DNA of 64,000 bases, from positions 1,214-65,213 of the forward strand of contig JAFXJY010000034.1 in assembly GCA_017531985.1 (NCBI GenBank), in the 5' to 3' direction. This stretch comes from Bacteroidaceae bacterium (GTDB lineage: Bacteria > Bacteroidota > Bacteroidia > Bacteroidales > Barnesiellaceae_A). The stretch's first letter is position 1. Each line of letters starts with the position of its first letter. Positions 10,262 to 22,500 of the stretch are shown one piece after another. Below the pieces are notes generated by a model. That model had not been told where the DNA came from. It saw only the letters and a program-made list of their open reading frames with translations, and made no database searches. The position numbers were made by a program, and so were the translations under genes.

Positions 10262-11506
10262 TCAACATTCGATGAGCAGGTCTATAAGCATCATTATGCT
10301 ACGTTGCGTGGCTCGCTCTATAATATAGGAACGAGAACCGGCAAAATGACCGCATTCCACAGCGAGCTTATTGCCACAACGCACAGCCATCCACACCGTA
10401 CCAACAGGTTTATCGGCAGTACCTCCTCCCGGACCTGCTATACCCGAAGTGGCAATGGCACAATCTACTCCCATTACATGCAGTAACGCTTCCGACATGC
10501 ATTCTACTACCGGACGACTCACTGCCCCATGCTGCAACAACAGCTCATCCGACACACCCAGTACGTTGTGTTTCACTTCGTTGCTATATGCCACAACAGC
10601 ACCTTTGAAGTATTGCGAACTACCGGCTACGGCTGTTATCTCGTGAGCTATATTACCTCCGGTACAACTCTCGGCTGTTGCCAGTGTCAACCCTCTTTGC
10701 TGCAAGAGTTGCCCCAAGGCTCCGGCCAAAGTGGTATCTTCATCACAGAAAATGTCCTTACCCAATATTTCGTGCAATATTGCAGCCTTTTCATCGAGGA
10801 TTTTTTGTATAATCGAGCTGTCATTCCCTCGTGCCGTCAGACGCAAACGCACTACTCCGGGCATGGGCAGATAGGCCAGTTTGATAGAAGATGGCAAGGT
10901 GGACTCGAACTGTGTCAGTCGCTCAGACAGCCCCGACTCGGTGTTGCGAAAAACCATCAATGTGCGGTGCATAACCACATCGTTGTCGCCAACATGTTCA
11001 CGCAATCGTTGCAACACATCGCCTTTCATGGCCACACGCATCTCATGAGGCACACCGGGCATTGCCACCAATATTTTGTTTTGATGTTCAAACCACATGA
11101 TGGGGGCTGTTCCCACCGGATTCGATATAACAGTACATACATCGGGGACTTCGGCTTGGCGACGGGTCGATTCATTCATGGCCAACCCTCTATTGGCGAA
11201 GTAACGCAGATTCTGCTCATAAACCGTCTGATCAAAAATCATTTTGCCACCAAAATAACGGCACAGTACAGGCTTGGTGACATCGTCGGATGTGGGACCC
11301 AAACCGCCGGTCATCAGCACTATATCAACGCGTGAAAAGGCCGATGAAATCGCCTCTTCTATATCATGAGCTTCATCACTGATGGTAGTCACTCGTGTCA
11401 CATCCCATCCTTGCTTGTTCAACTCAACAGCCATCCATGCCGAGTTAGTATCGATTACCTGTCCGATGAGCAATTCATCACCGATAACAATTATTTCAAC
11501 CTTCAT
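10262..11506 (-). CDS. cinA: CinA family protein (MoCF-like domain plus NMN deamidase PncC domain)
   Basis: IGDELLIGQVIDTN, GGLGPTSDDVT, AESCTGG, SGIAGPGGG. Confidence 0.93.
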   Translation of the reverse strand: MKVEIIVIGDELLIGQVIDTNSAWMAVELNKQGWDVTRVTTISDEAHDIEEAISSAFSRVDIVLMTGGLGPTSDDVTKPVLCRYFGGKMIFDQTVYEQNLRYFANRGLAMNESTRRQAEVPDVCTVISNPVGTAPIMWFEHQNKILVAMPGVPHEMRVAMKGDVLQRLREHVGDNDVVMHRTLMVFRNTESGLSERLTQFESTLPSSIKLAYLPMPGVVRLRLTARGNDSSIIQKILDEKAAILHEILGKDIFCDEDTTLAGALGQLLQQRGLTLATAESCTGGNIAHEITAVAGSSQYFKGAVVAYSNEVKHNVLGVSDELLLQHGAVSRPVVECMSEALLHVMGVDCAIATSGIAGPGGGTADKPVGTVWMAVRCGNKLAVECGHFAGSRSYIIERATQRSIMMLIDLLIEC

Positions 11507-11519
11507 GACATATTATTTT

Positions 11520-12539
11520 TTACAATTCGACACGAGCAAACGGAGCTTTCCCCATATCGCAGAAATCTTTATCTTGATATTTGTAATAACCTGTAATGGC
11601 CACCATGGCAGCATTATCGGTAGTGAATGAAAGGCGTGGCAAGTGAATAGCCCATCCATACTTAGAGGCATACTCCTCAAAGGCGGCTCTCACTGCCGAA
11701 TTGGCCGACACACCTCCTGCCACAGCAACCTCTTTGATACCGGTCTGCTTCACCGCTTTGTACAATTTATCCATCAGGATAGCCACGATAGTCGACTGCA
11801 ACGAAGCACAAAGGTCACACTTATTTTTCTCGATGAAATCGGCATCATTTTTCAATTGATCACGCAACAAATACAAGAAAGAGGTCTTCAATCCACTAAA
11901 ACTATAATCCAAGCCCGGTATGTGTGGTCGACTCAACGTAAAGGCACGAGGGTTGCCATCCTTGGCCAATCGGTCAATTACCGGACCTCCCGGATAGGGC
12001 AGCCCCATGACCTTGGCACATTTATCAAAGGCCTCTCCGGCAGCATCATCGATTGTCTGTCCGATAACTTCCATTTTATTATACGAGCTAACCTTGATAA
12101 TCTGCGAATTACCGCCCGATACCAACAAGCACAAGAAAGGATAACGAGGAGGATTGTATTCGCTGTCGGGTTGACGGATAAAGTGAGCCAACACATGAGC
12201 TTGCAAGTGATTGACATCGAGCATCGGGACATTAAGTGCAGTGGCAAGTCCCTTGGCAAACGACGTTCCCACAAGCAATGACCCCATCAATCCGGGACCA
12301 CGCGTGAAGGCAATGGCATCTATCTCTCTCTTATCAATACCGGCACGTCTTATAGCCTCTGAAACAACCGGCACAATATTCTGCTGGTGGGCTCTTGATG
12401 CCAACTCGGGGACAACACCCCCATAAGCCTCATGCACAGCCTGCCCGGCTATGACATTTGACAACAAAAGTCCATCTCTAATGATAGCCGATGAAGTATC
12501 GTCGCACGACGACTCAATACCCAGAATTGTAATACTCAT
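11520..12539 (-). CDS. tsaD: tRNA N6-adenosine threonylcarbamoyltransferase TsaD
   Basis: ILGIESSCDDTS, GGVVPELASRAH, HLQAH, DDAAGEAFDK; start set at ATG 12539. Confidence 0.97.
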   Translation of the reverse strand: MSITILGIESSCDDTSSAIIRDGLLLSNVIAGQAVHEAYGGVVPELASRAHQQNIVPVVSEAIRRAGIDKREIDAIAFTRGPGLMGSLLVGTSFAKGLATALNVPMLDVNHLQAHVLAHFIRQPDSEYNPPRYPFLCLLVSGGNSQIIKVSSYNKMEVIGQTIDDAAGEAFDKCAKVMGLPYPGGPVIDRLAKDGNPRAFTLSRPHIPGLDYSFSGLKTSFLYLLRDQLKNDADFIEKNKCDLCASLQSTIVAILMDKLYKAVKQTGIKEVAVAGGVSANSAVRAAFEEYASKYGWAIHLPRLSFTTDNAAMVAITGYYKYQDKDFCDMGKAPFARVEL

Positions 12540-12694
12540 TATATACTCAATTAATCGATGAAATGGTTCATACTGCATCGAGTATGCAGCAATAATGTGC
12601 AAAAGTAACGATTTTATGCGAAAGAATAAAAGTTTGAACCGAACAACTGCATAAATATTTCAAAAAAAGCGTAACTTTGTACGCTTATAGAGTT

Positions 12695-15600
12695 ATGAGA
12701 AAGTTATTTCGAGTTTTCAAACGCATATTACAGATAGGAGCCTTAGCATTATTTACGCTCTTGGCAATCCTATACACTGTTGTATCGCTACCCAAGGTGC
12801 AAGACAATGTACGCACGAAGGCTCAAACAATGCTCTCGGAAACACTCGAAGTGCCTCTCGAAATATCCCGCGTCAAGATCTCACCATTCAATCGTATCGA
12901 AATATTTGGAGTAACCATCCCCGACCAACAAGGAGATACACTGCTCTACGCTCACAAGATTGGTGCCGGAATCAATCTGTGGCAATTGATAAAAAACGGT
13001 CGAATAAGTCTTAATAATATTCAACTATTCGGTGTCGACGCACATATCACTCGTCCCACTCCCAATGATGAGACCAACTTACAGTTTGTCATCGACGCAT
13101 TCAAGCCTCAGGAGAAACGTGAGAAAAAGCCCATCGACTTGTGCATCAATTCGGCATTGATACGTCGCAGTCGCATCAGGTATGATGTGCTATCCGAGCC
13201 ACACAGGAGCGAAGGATTGTTTGATGTCAACCACATCGACTTGAATGATATAACCTCATCATTATCGATGAAACACTTCGATAAAGACTCTATCAATGTA
13301 CACATCAAGCGACTCACTTGTAAGGAAAAGTCGGGATTAAATATCGAGCGACTCACCCTGCGTGTAAGTGCCAATCGTCAACTTATCAAGCTGACCGACT
13401 TCCTTTTGCAGCTGCCCCACTCCAACATTACCACCGAAAGAAGTACTATTGACATCAGCAACATAAATGACAGCCATTCATTTGCCGACAATGCCAATAT
13501 AGCGTTAGACATATCTCAATCCAACATCACGCTTTCCGACTTGTCACCACTCATTCCGGCACTGCGTGAATTTTCATTACCCATAGCACTTGACTGTCAT
13601 GCACATGGCACACTCAATGATATAAGAATAAAGCACTTGTCACTCAACATGTATGATGATGACATTGCATTGAACGCTTCGGCTCACATTGCCAATGCCC
13701 TGTTGGCTGACAGTATCGACATAAATATCAATCCAATTCAAGCTACAACGAGTCAAGAGGGCATTGCATCATTATGTCAAAACTTAGGTCTCAAAGAGAC
13801 TCGTGCTATAAATATCCTCGATGAAATGGGAATATCAACCCTCAACGGGCGGCTGGTTCTGACACCCATGCATGCTGAGGGAAATATCACCCTATTCAGT
13901 CAATTAGGTGACATACTCTCCGACATTTCTATCACAAGAGACTCCATCAACGCACCCCTACATTGCATTGGATATATCGAAAGCGATGGCCTGCATCTAA
14001 ACAAAATATTGGGAGAGAAAAGTAAGTTGGGTTTAACAGCATTCAATCTTGAAGCCAACACAATACTACACAGCAACAAGCCACACTACGCTACGTTGAC
14101 CGGAAAAATTGACCGCCTCGACTACAACAATTACAGCTACAACGACATCACGCTCTATGGCAAATATCGTCACAACAACATCAGTGGAAGAATTACGATG
14201 GACGACATCAACGGAAGCATTGATGCCCACGGCACCTTATCGTCGAAGAAAGACAGTACATCGATTGATGTAAAAATGGCATGCAAAGACTTAGACTTAG
14301 CGGCCTTCAATCTCGCTCCACAAACACAAGGAAAGACCTTATCATTCAATATCGATGCAGGCTACACCGGTACAACGATTGATGATGCCAACGGTGTAAT
14401 AGACATCCACGACATCATATATGGTAATAACGAGCAACAGATGGAATGGAATCAAATTCTGGTAGAAGTCCGCAACGACACACACCCACACGAACTGACC
14501 ATTTCATCGGATTATATCAATGGCAAGGTATCGGGCGAATACACCACAACAACCCTGCCTCGCACCATTTTCAACATGGCAGCACCATTACTTCCTTCGC
14601 TAATCGAAGTTGACAAGACAGCAAGTAGAGCGAACGATAATACAATGTATAACGACCTCGAATGGAACATCTCTATCCGTCCCAATGTTGAGATGTCACA
14701 CATCTTACAACTACCATTTACACTCACCGACACAGCCAACATTGACGGTTATATCAAGGAAAGCGAAAGAGATGCTCGCATCGATGTATCGATACCCAAT
14801 GTGTGGATGGGGAAAACCCACATTGAAGATGTATCGTTGCGAATAAATCACAATAATGAGTTGATGAACATAACGGCACAAGCCGGGCTGATGAATAAGA
14901 AAAAGCAACTGACCATATGGAGCATTAACGGTCAAGCCCACAACGATAACATCGATGTGGGTATTCACTGGAATACCAACACCGAAACGACTTACTGTGG
15001 CAGCATCAAGCTTGACTCTCAACTATCGCGTAAAAAAGGTAACAACAATGGGCTAAACGTCGCTGTAAATATTCTTCCTACCGACATAATAATCAACGAT
15101 ACCATATGGAACATCAAGCCCGCATATATTACCATCGAAGATAAAGAGATTGCAGTCAACAATCTTGAAGTGTCACGACCTTCACAGCATATATACATAG
15201 ACGGATTGGTATCGGAAAACCCCGAGGACACACTCCACGTCGACCTGCAAGACATCAGTCTTGACTATATTTTCGAGACACTGAACATCAACTATGTTAC
15301 ATTCGGAGGCCGTGCCACAGGTCGGGTTGATGCAGCCAATCTTTTCAGCAAGACACCCTATCTATGCACCCAAGAGTTGGACGTGGAAAATTTCTCCTAC
15401 AACAATGCTGTATTTGGCGATCTTGCCATCTTAGGACAATTCGACACCCATAACATGGGCATACTTCTCAAAGGCAATATTACCAATCATCGCGGTGAAG
15501 AGAGTTTTGTCGACGGATACATCTTCCCCACGCAAGACTCACTATCCATTTCATTCAATGTCGACCATGTCCCCTTGAAATTTATCGAGCCATTCGTTCA

Positions 15601-17308
15601 ACAGATATTTGTCGATGTCGAAGGTGAAGCCTCTGGCGAGGTCGTCTTGGAAGGTAACTTTGCTCGCATATCCCTCCGCGGCGATGCTTTTGCCCACTAT
15701 TTCTCATTCGGAGTTCCATTTCTCAACACACATTATCACCTTACCGATAGTGTACACTTCACCGATAGCAAGATATATTTCAACAACGTTACAGCCTACG
15801 ATGACTACGGCAATACGGCGATTGCCGATGGCGAAATTAAGCATCGGTACTTTATGCAACTCGATTATGACATAGACATTCATGATGCCGACAATTTACT
15901 GGTATTCAACATACCACGCACTCCGGGAGCTATGTACTACGGTACGATTTTCGGTTCGGGCAACGCTAAGATTAAAGGCAACGACTTCCACACCGACATA
16001 GAGGCCAATATGCACACCGACAAAGAGTCTGTATTTACATTTGCCATCACCAACACCACCAGTGCCATTGACTATCAATTCCTTACATTCAGCAACAACC
16101 GAGAGATTAAACCTAACATCATTACAAGAAATATTACCAAAGAAGATAGCTTGGTAGCACTCAACAACTCGCTGATGGAGCAAAAGGTTAAGCCACAACT
16201 ACCACCTCCCCCATTGTCGGTAAGTGTTATCGCCAATATTACTCCCGATGCCGAGATAGTACTCATGATGAATGAAATGACCGGCGACAACATGACAGCC
16301 AAAGGCGAAGGCGAATTACGACTCGATTACAACACAAGCGACAATGAGATAAAGATGTTTGGCACGGTAACCATCAACAATGGAAACTATGATTTCAGCA
16401 TCGAGGATATTATCACACGCGATTTTAAGATTAACCAAGGAAGCTCTGTTTCGTTCCAAGGAAATCCCCTTGATGCCCATCTTAACATCGAAGCGTTATA
16501 TCAAGCACAAGCCAATCTTGCCGATCTTGACGACTCATTTATTACCGACAGTGAATTGTCGAGTACTATCGTACCGGTTCACACCATACTGCACATTAAT
16601 GGCAAACTCACACAACCCGACATAGGCTTCGATATAAAACTCCCCACCCTCAGTGCCGACATGGATAACAAGATACATAGTATCATCAGCACAGACGATA
16701 TGATGACCCGACAAGTCATCTATCTGCTGGCACTCAATCGTTTCTTCACTCCCGAATACAACACTGCTCAGAGTCGCAACAACGACTTGACATCGGTTGC
16801 CACCTCAACCCTCACATCGTCCATAGGAGCGTTGTTGGGACAGATAGACGAAAATTGGAATATTTCGCCCAAAATCCGCAGTGAGTTAGGCGATTTCTCC
16901 GATGTGGAAGTTGACCTCTTCCTCTCGAGCCAACTCCTTAACAACCGACTTATCTTCAACGGCAACTTCGGTTACCGCGACAGTCGATACAGCTCTACCA
17001 ACTTCATTGGCGACTTCGACATAGAATATCTTCTTACCGAGAGTGGCAATCTACGTCTGAAAGGCTACAACCACTTCAACGATCGCAACTATACGGTGCG
17101 TACAGCTCTCACCACTCAGGGATTAGGATTGATGTATAAACTCGATTTCAACACATGGCGTAATCTGTTTGAATTTGCCAAGCCCAATCCATCGAAAAAA
17201 GAGGATGAAGAAAATGACGAAGAGAGAGAATCTATCGCTTCACCACATCACAACCTCGAACAACCCACCGACACAGTAATCACAACCATCACCGACATTT
17301 TTCACTAA
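12695..17308 (+). CDS. tamB: translocation/assembly module TamB (DUF490) protein
   Basis: N-terminal anchor, long beta-rich repeats, C-terminal LLNNRLIFNGNFGY...GDFDIEYLL...TQGLGLMY. Confidence 0.85.
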   Translation: MRKLFRVFKRILQIGALALFTLLAILYTVVSLPKVQDNVRTKAQTMLSETLEVPLEISRVKISPFNRIEIFGVTIPDQQGDTLLYAHKIGAGINLWQLIKNGRISLNNIQLFGVDAHITRPTPNDETNLQFVIDAFKPQEKREKKPIDLCINSALIRRSRIRYDVLSEPHRSEGLFDVNHIDLNDITSSLSMKHFDKDSINVHIKRLTCKEKSGLNIERLTLRVSANRQLIKLTDFLLQLPHSNITTERSTIDISNINDSHSFADNANIALDISQSNITLSDLSPLIPALREFSLPIALDCHAHGTLNDIRIKHLSLNMYDDDIALNASAHIANALLADSIDININPIQATTSQEGIASLCQNLGLKETRAINILDEMGISTLNGRLVLTPMHAEGNITLFSQLGDILSDISITRDSINAPLHCIGYIESDGLHLNKILGEKSKLGLTAFNLEANTILHSNKPHYATLTGKIDRLDYNNYSYNDITLYGKYRHNNISGRITMDDINGSIDAHGTLSSKKDSTSIDVKMACKDLDLAAFNLAPQTQGKTLSFNIDAGYTGTTIDDANGVIDIHDIIYGNNEQQMEWNQILVEVRNDTHPHELTISSDYINGKVSGEYTTTTLPRTIFNMAAPLLPSLIEVDKTASRANDNTMYNDLEWNISIRPNVEMSHILQLPFTLTDTANIDGYIKESERDARIDVSIPNVWMGKTHIEDVSLRINHNNELMNITAQAGLMNKKKQLTIWSINGQAHNDNIDVGIHWNTNTETTYCGSIKLDSQLSRKKGNNNGLNVAVNILPTDIIINDTIWNIKPAYITIEDKEIAVNNLEVSRPSQHIYIDGLVSENPEDTLHVDLQDISLDYIFETLNINYVTFGGRATGRVDAANLFSKTPYLCTQELDVENFSYNNAVFGDLAILGQFDTHNMGILLKGNITNHRGEESFVDGYIFPTQDSLSISFNVDHVPLKFIEPFVQQIFVDVEGEASGEVVLEGNFARISLRGDAFAHYFSFGVPFLNTHYHLTDSVHFTDSKIYFNNVTAYDDYGNTAIADGEIKHRYFMQLDYDIDIHDADNLLVFNIPRTPGAMYYGTIFGSGNAKIKGNDFHTDIEANMHTDKESVFTFAITNTTSAIDYQFLTFSNNREIKPNIITRNITKEDSLVALNNSLMEQKVKPQLPPPPLSVSVIANITPDAEIVLMMNEMTGDNMTAKGEGELRLDYNTSDNEIKMFGTVTINNGNYDFSIEDIITRDFKINQGSSVSFQGNPLDAHLNIEALYQAQANLADLDDSFITDSELSSTIVPVHTILHINGKLTQPDIGFDIKLPTLSADMDNKIHSIISTDDMMTRQVIYLLALNRFFTPEYNTAQSRNNDLTSVATSTLTSSIGALLGQIDENWNISPKIRSELGDFSDVEVDLFLSSQLLNNRLIFNGNFGYRDSRYSSTNFIGDFDIEYLLTESGNLRLKGYNHFNDRNYTVRTALTTQGLGLMYKLDFNTWRNLFEFAKPNPSKKEDEENDEERESIASPHHNLEQPTDTVITTITDIFH

Positions 17309-17328
17309 CAACTCATTACAGGTCGGTA

Positions 17329-18042
17329 TCAGCGAGGCATGTGTTGCTCGATATACTGCATTACTGCATTCTTATAGGTCTCGCTGATGGGAATATACTG
17401 CTTACCGAACACTATGCGATTGCGATCGATGAGTCCTATCTTACAGCCCTGCACTATAAACGAACGATGCACCCGCATAAAACGCTCACTCGGCAACATT
17501 TCTTCGAGCGATTTGAGACTCAATAGCGATAGGATGGGATGTGGTTCATCCTCAACATAAATCTTGACGTAATCTTTCAGCCCCTCGATGTAAAGTATTT
17601 TATTAAGAAAAATTTGACGTAACTTATAGTCACTCTTTACAAAGATAAACTCTTCATGAGTAGATATTCCCGACGATGACACACACGGCATCATTCGCAA
17701 CACTTTCTGCGTAGCTTTCAGAAAATGCTGATATGATATAGGTTTAAGCAGATAATCGACAGCATCAACCTTATAACTATCTACGGCATATTGCCCAAAG
17801 GCCGTTGTAAATACGATATGCGTCTTACCCTCTACTAGATGCGAAAATTCGAGACCATTCAGATTGGGCATCTGTATATCACAGAACACCAAATCGATAT
17901 CACCACGCATCACTCGCTCAACAGCTTGCAATGCCGACGAAAAGGTATCGACAAGCGACAAGTAAGGAGTTTTTTCAACATACGAAGCAAGCAACTCAAC
18001 TGCCAATGGCTCATCATCGATAATACAACATTTCAAGTTCAT
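17329..18042 (-). CDS. LytTR family response regulator
   Basis: IIDDEPLA, DIQMP, DYLLKP; LytTR domain FMRVHRSFIV. Confidence 0.95.
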   Translation of the reverse strand: MNLKCCIIDDEPLAVELLASYVEKTPYLSLVDTFSSALQAVERVMRGDIDLVFCDIQMPNLNGLEFSHLVEGKTHIVFTTAFGQYAVDSYKVDAVDYLLKPISYQHFLKATQKVLRMMPCVSSSGISTHEEFIFVKSDYKLRQIFLNKILYIEGLKDYVKIYVEDEPHPILSLLSLKSLEEMLPSERFMRVHRSFIVQGCKIGLIDRNRIVFGKQYIPISETYKNAVMQYIEQHMPR

Positions 18043-19115
18043 GAATTAGTACAATTTTCAAGGTTAATATCAAGACTTACACTATACATCGCCTCGGTTT
18101 TAATGATATTCAACTTATGCCTATGCGGATACAATAAAGAAAGCTGACGCTTCATATTTTCAAGGCCTATACCCGAACCGCTGCAATCACTCTCGCCCTT
18201 GGGATAGCAACTATTCTCAACAGTACATGATATAGATTGAGCATCGGGCGACACTATTTTAACACGGATAAACGACTCACCAATAGGACTTACACCATGC
18301 TTAAAGGCATTTTCGACGAGTGGTATAAAAATCAATGGGGCAATTAATCGGTCACGACACAACTCTACATTGACCGAGACATCAATATGAGTATCTTTGC
18401 CTTGTCTAATACTCATCAGTGCTATGTAATCTTTGATAAAATCAATCTCCCTTTCCACCGGCACAAAGGTCTCTTTATTCTCATACAGCACATATCGCAA
18501 CAGATTACTCAACTCAAGCACTACCTGCTGAGCTTTCTCTCCATTAATGGCAATGAGAGCATAAATATTATTAAGTGTATTGAAAATAAAATGCGGATTG
18601 AGCTGGTGTTTCAGATTCTTCAATTCGGCATCTTTGCGTTGTTGTTCAAGTTCACGATTACGAATCTCCACTTGTCGTGTCCGTAGAAATATCTTCAATG
18701 CCATACTCAGACCCACAAACATGACCATAAACAGCAAGTCATTAAGTATCTTACCCATACGCGGCGGATGATGTGGTGGCATCGATACGCCCTCTACAAT
18801 GAGAGGTAATGATTGAGGACGAAACGTATCGTGAATATATTGCAAAACAAAGCACAAGAGCGACAACAATAGAACATTACACACGACAAACCATGTAGTC
18901 TTGTGCCGAAACAACAATCTATCAATAAACAGGCAATAATTGAGATAAAATATAACAAGAAAAAATAGATATTGCACCCATACATGCCATCCTATGAGCG
19001 GACGCGGAGAAGCACTATCCGACCACGATAACACAAACGGAAAGAGTATCAATAACAGCCACGAAACAAGATGGATAAACGGCTCATATATACCCTTGCT
19101 ACAATACTTATTCAT
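18039..19115 (-). CDS. LytS/YehU family sensor histidine kinase
   Basis: About 4 TMs, LKHQLNPHFIFNTLNNIY, LVENAFKHG, GIGLENM. Confidence 0.95.
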   Translation of the reverse strand: MNKYCSKGIYEPFIHLVSWLLLILFPFVLSWSDSASPRPLIGWHVWVQYLFFLVIFYLNYCLFIDRLLFRHKTTWFVVCNVLLLSLLCFVLQYIHDTFRPQSLPLIVEGVSMPPHHPPRMGKILNDLLFMVMFVGLSMALKIFLRTRQVEIRNRELEQQRKDAELKNLKHQLNPHFIFNTLNNIYALIAINGEKAQQVVLELSNLLRYVLYENKETFVPVEREIDFIKDYIALMSIRQGKDTHIDVSVNVELCRDRLIAPLIFIPLVENAFKHGVSPIGESFIRVKIVSPDAQSISCTVENSCYPKGESDCSGSGIGLENMKRQLSLLYPHRHKLNIIKTEAMYSVSLDINLENCTNS

Positions 19116-19501
19116 GATGCAAACTTAGTGAAAAAAAATGTTTTTCTCATATAATACATTAAAAAAGCAAGCACTACATTTTCATGTAATGACATGAAAA
19201 TTATTATAAGAACTATGTTACGATACTCACATAGAAAATTGACAATACAGCATTTAGGCAAATATACAAATCTTATAGCAAGTTGTAAAAAATTATATAC
19301 CAAACAGCTATTTTAATCGACAAGTTATAAAATGTAGCATTTTGTAATAGGATGACAGGAACTCTAATTAGAATATTTAACACATAAAAAAGTTGATATT
19401 TCACATTACAGTATCAAATAAATAGAGTATGTTTGTACACGATTTTTTCGGTACAAAAAACGATTATTTACATTTATATAGAAATAACAAATACCAACAA
19501 C

Positions 19502-22500
19502 ATGAAACACCGACTACTTTCATTATTGATTTTATTGACAAGTATATTGAGCATTCAAGCACAAGTTACTATCAAGCACGTGGAGGGATGGTTTGAGAGT
19601 GCATATATGACATGGAATCATTATCCCGATGCCGACATGTACAACGTATATATCAAAGGTGTTAATGAGACATCATGGACACAACTCGACAAGGAGTTAA
19701 TTCGCAACTATGGCTATTATGGACGAGCCGATATGGTGGGGCTAAAAGCCGGCAACTATCAGTTTAAGATTGAAGCCATGTCGGCGGGAAATGTAATAGC
19801 CGGCAGTACAAGCACATCTTCGACTGTAACGGTACAATCCTACGACAGAGCCGGATTTGCCCACCTCGATGGCGAAGCAGTGGGTGCTTACAACAACGAC
19901 GGCACACTGAAAGCCAACGCTCGCGTATTGTACATAGACAACACCAATGTCGACAAGGTGAGCCTACCCATTCTCAATGGTAAAAGCGAAACCACGCTGA
20001 CCGGTCTTGGCGAAATCCTCAAAGGTTATGAAAAGGGACTCGAAACACGACCATTGGCTATACGTTTTATCGGCGACATCAATATGACAAGTTCACAACT
20101 TTACGGTGATGCCGACGCCATGCAGATAAAAGGAAAGAATAACAACATCCCCATGCACATTACCTTTGAAGGTATAGGCAACGATGCCTATCTGAGCGAT
20201 TGGGGACTGGTAATAGTCCGTTCCAACAACATCGAAGTACGCAACTTGGGCATTATGCTCTTCAACGATGATGGCATCTCGCTCAAAGAATCGGTCAAGG
20301 TGTGGGTACACCATTGCGATATTTTCTACGGCAAGGCCGGTAGTGCTGCCGACCAAGACAAAGGCGATGGTTCACTCGACACGAAAGATGATTCTCAGTA
20401 CTGCACCTACTCATACATCCACTTTTGGGATGCCGGCAAGATGGCACTATGCGGCATGAAATCTGAGTCGGGACCCAACTATATGTCGTACCATCACAAC
20501 TGGTTTGACCACAGCGACTCACGACACCCTCGTGTGCGTCGCATGACAGTACATGTGTACAACAACTATTACGACGGAGTGGCCAAGTACGGTGTAGGAG
20601 CCACTACGGGTTCGAGCATTTTTGTCGAAAGCAACTATTTCCGCAACACCAATCGTCCCATGATGTCGTCGCTGCAAGGAACCGATGCCACCGGCGATGG
20701 AACCTTCTCGGGCGAGAATGGAGGTATTATCAAGTCGTATGGCAACCTCTTTGTCGAGTGCAGTAACAATTTCAGCTACATCACAGCCAACAATGTAGAA
20801 GGCTCAGGTGCAACAGCCGTAAGTGCAACCAGCTTTGATGCTTACCATGCCACTTCGCGTAACGAACAAGTTCCCTCAACCTACAAGACCCTCAATGGAG
20901 GTACTACTTACGACAATTTCGACACCAACAGTACATTGATGTATCAGTATACAGCCGACGATGCCATAGCAGTACCTGCCAAGGTAAAATCACAAGCCGG
21001 TCGTATGCAAGGAGGCGACTTTACTTGGTTGGGATTTGACAACAGCGTCGAAGACCACAATTACGCAATCATCGATGGCTTGATGAGTGCTGTCACCGGT
21101 TATAAGACTTCGCTTGTCGAGATAGGCTCATTCACCAAGACCACAGCAGCCCCCTCGACCTACACAGTAACCTATTATGCCGATGTTGAAGGCACACAAA
21201 TATTCAAGACAATGACCGAACAAATAGCCATTGTCTACCCCGAAGGCACTCCCACGAAAGAAGGCTACACCTTTACCGGATGGTCAGCTATAAGAGGAGC
21301 CGCTATCAAAGGTAACATTGATGTATATCCCACATTCAGCGACGGAAAGAATAGTACCGGAGGCACAACATCGGGAGGCGAAAGCACAACCGTAGTGAGG
21401 AAGTGGAATTTCACTTCATGGAGCAGTACAACACAAAGTATCATCACAAGTGACAATGCTTGGGTACAAGCAAGCGACGGAACCAACCGTTACGATCGCA
21501 CCTTCGATACTGCTACCGACCTCGGACTGGAAGAAACCGAAGGCATCACATTCCAAGGCAAAGTACGCGTAAGTTGGGACTCATCGAAAGGTCAATATCT
21601 GCAAGGAACATTCACCATGAATGTCCCCGTAGAAGCCGGTCAGATTATTACCGTCAACTTCTCCAATACCGGAAGCAGCAATGGTACTCGCGACCTACTC
21701 ATCAATGGCAATGTAGTAGCCTCATCGAGCAACACATCGAGCATCGATGGCTCTTACACCATACCTGAGGGAATTAATATAGTAACCATTACCGGTTCGG
21801 CAGGCCTCAATTATCGAAGCATTACACTCACCGAGACTTCATCTTCAAGTACACCTACCGATAAGGAGAAGCCCACATTCTCGTACAGTGCAACATCAGC
21901 AACCATCGACCTTGCCGACGCAACCAATAACCTACCAATACTCAACAACACATCGGATGGCGTGGTAAGATATGAAAGCAGCAATGCAAGTGTAGCATCT
22001 ATCGATGCCAACGGTGTGGTAACACCACTATCGGTAGGAACAACCATCATCAAAGCATCGGTAAGCGAGACTGAAAGCTACACAGCAGCAACAACACAAT
22101 ACACGCTCACCGTTACCGACCGTAATGCCCCCACCTACACCGTTACATTCATGGTAGGCGAAGAGGTATTTGCCATTATGGAGGAGCAAACTGTGGTTGT
22201 GTACCCCGATAAACGCCCCTCGGTAAGCGGTCACATATTCTTAGGATGGGATGTAAAAGAAGGCACACTACTCACACAAGACACCTTTATCAATGCCATT
22301 CTCGAAGAAGTAACCGCCGAGACTATCATTCTCAAAGCCGGCGACTTCCCCAACGGTTATGCCATAGATAATGCCACAAGCGGTGAATTATACACATATA
22401 GCGACAATACCAAGTCGCACGAAATATTCACACTCACCGATGGCCAACACACAGTAACTCTTCCCGACGGAGTAAAAGCCACCAAGGTAACATTCTACGG

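Noticed and set aside
10529-11335. Long antisense ORFs (also 32426-33415, 47191-48072, 52754-53650, 60722-61453)
   Set aside because: Shadow frames opposite well-supported genes
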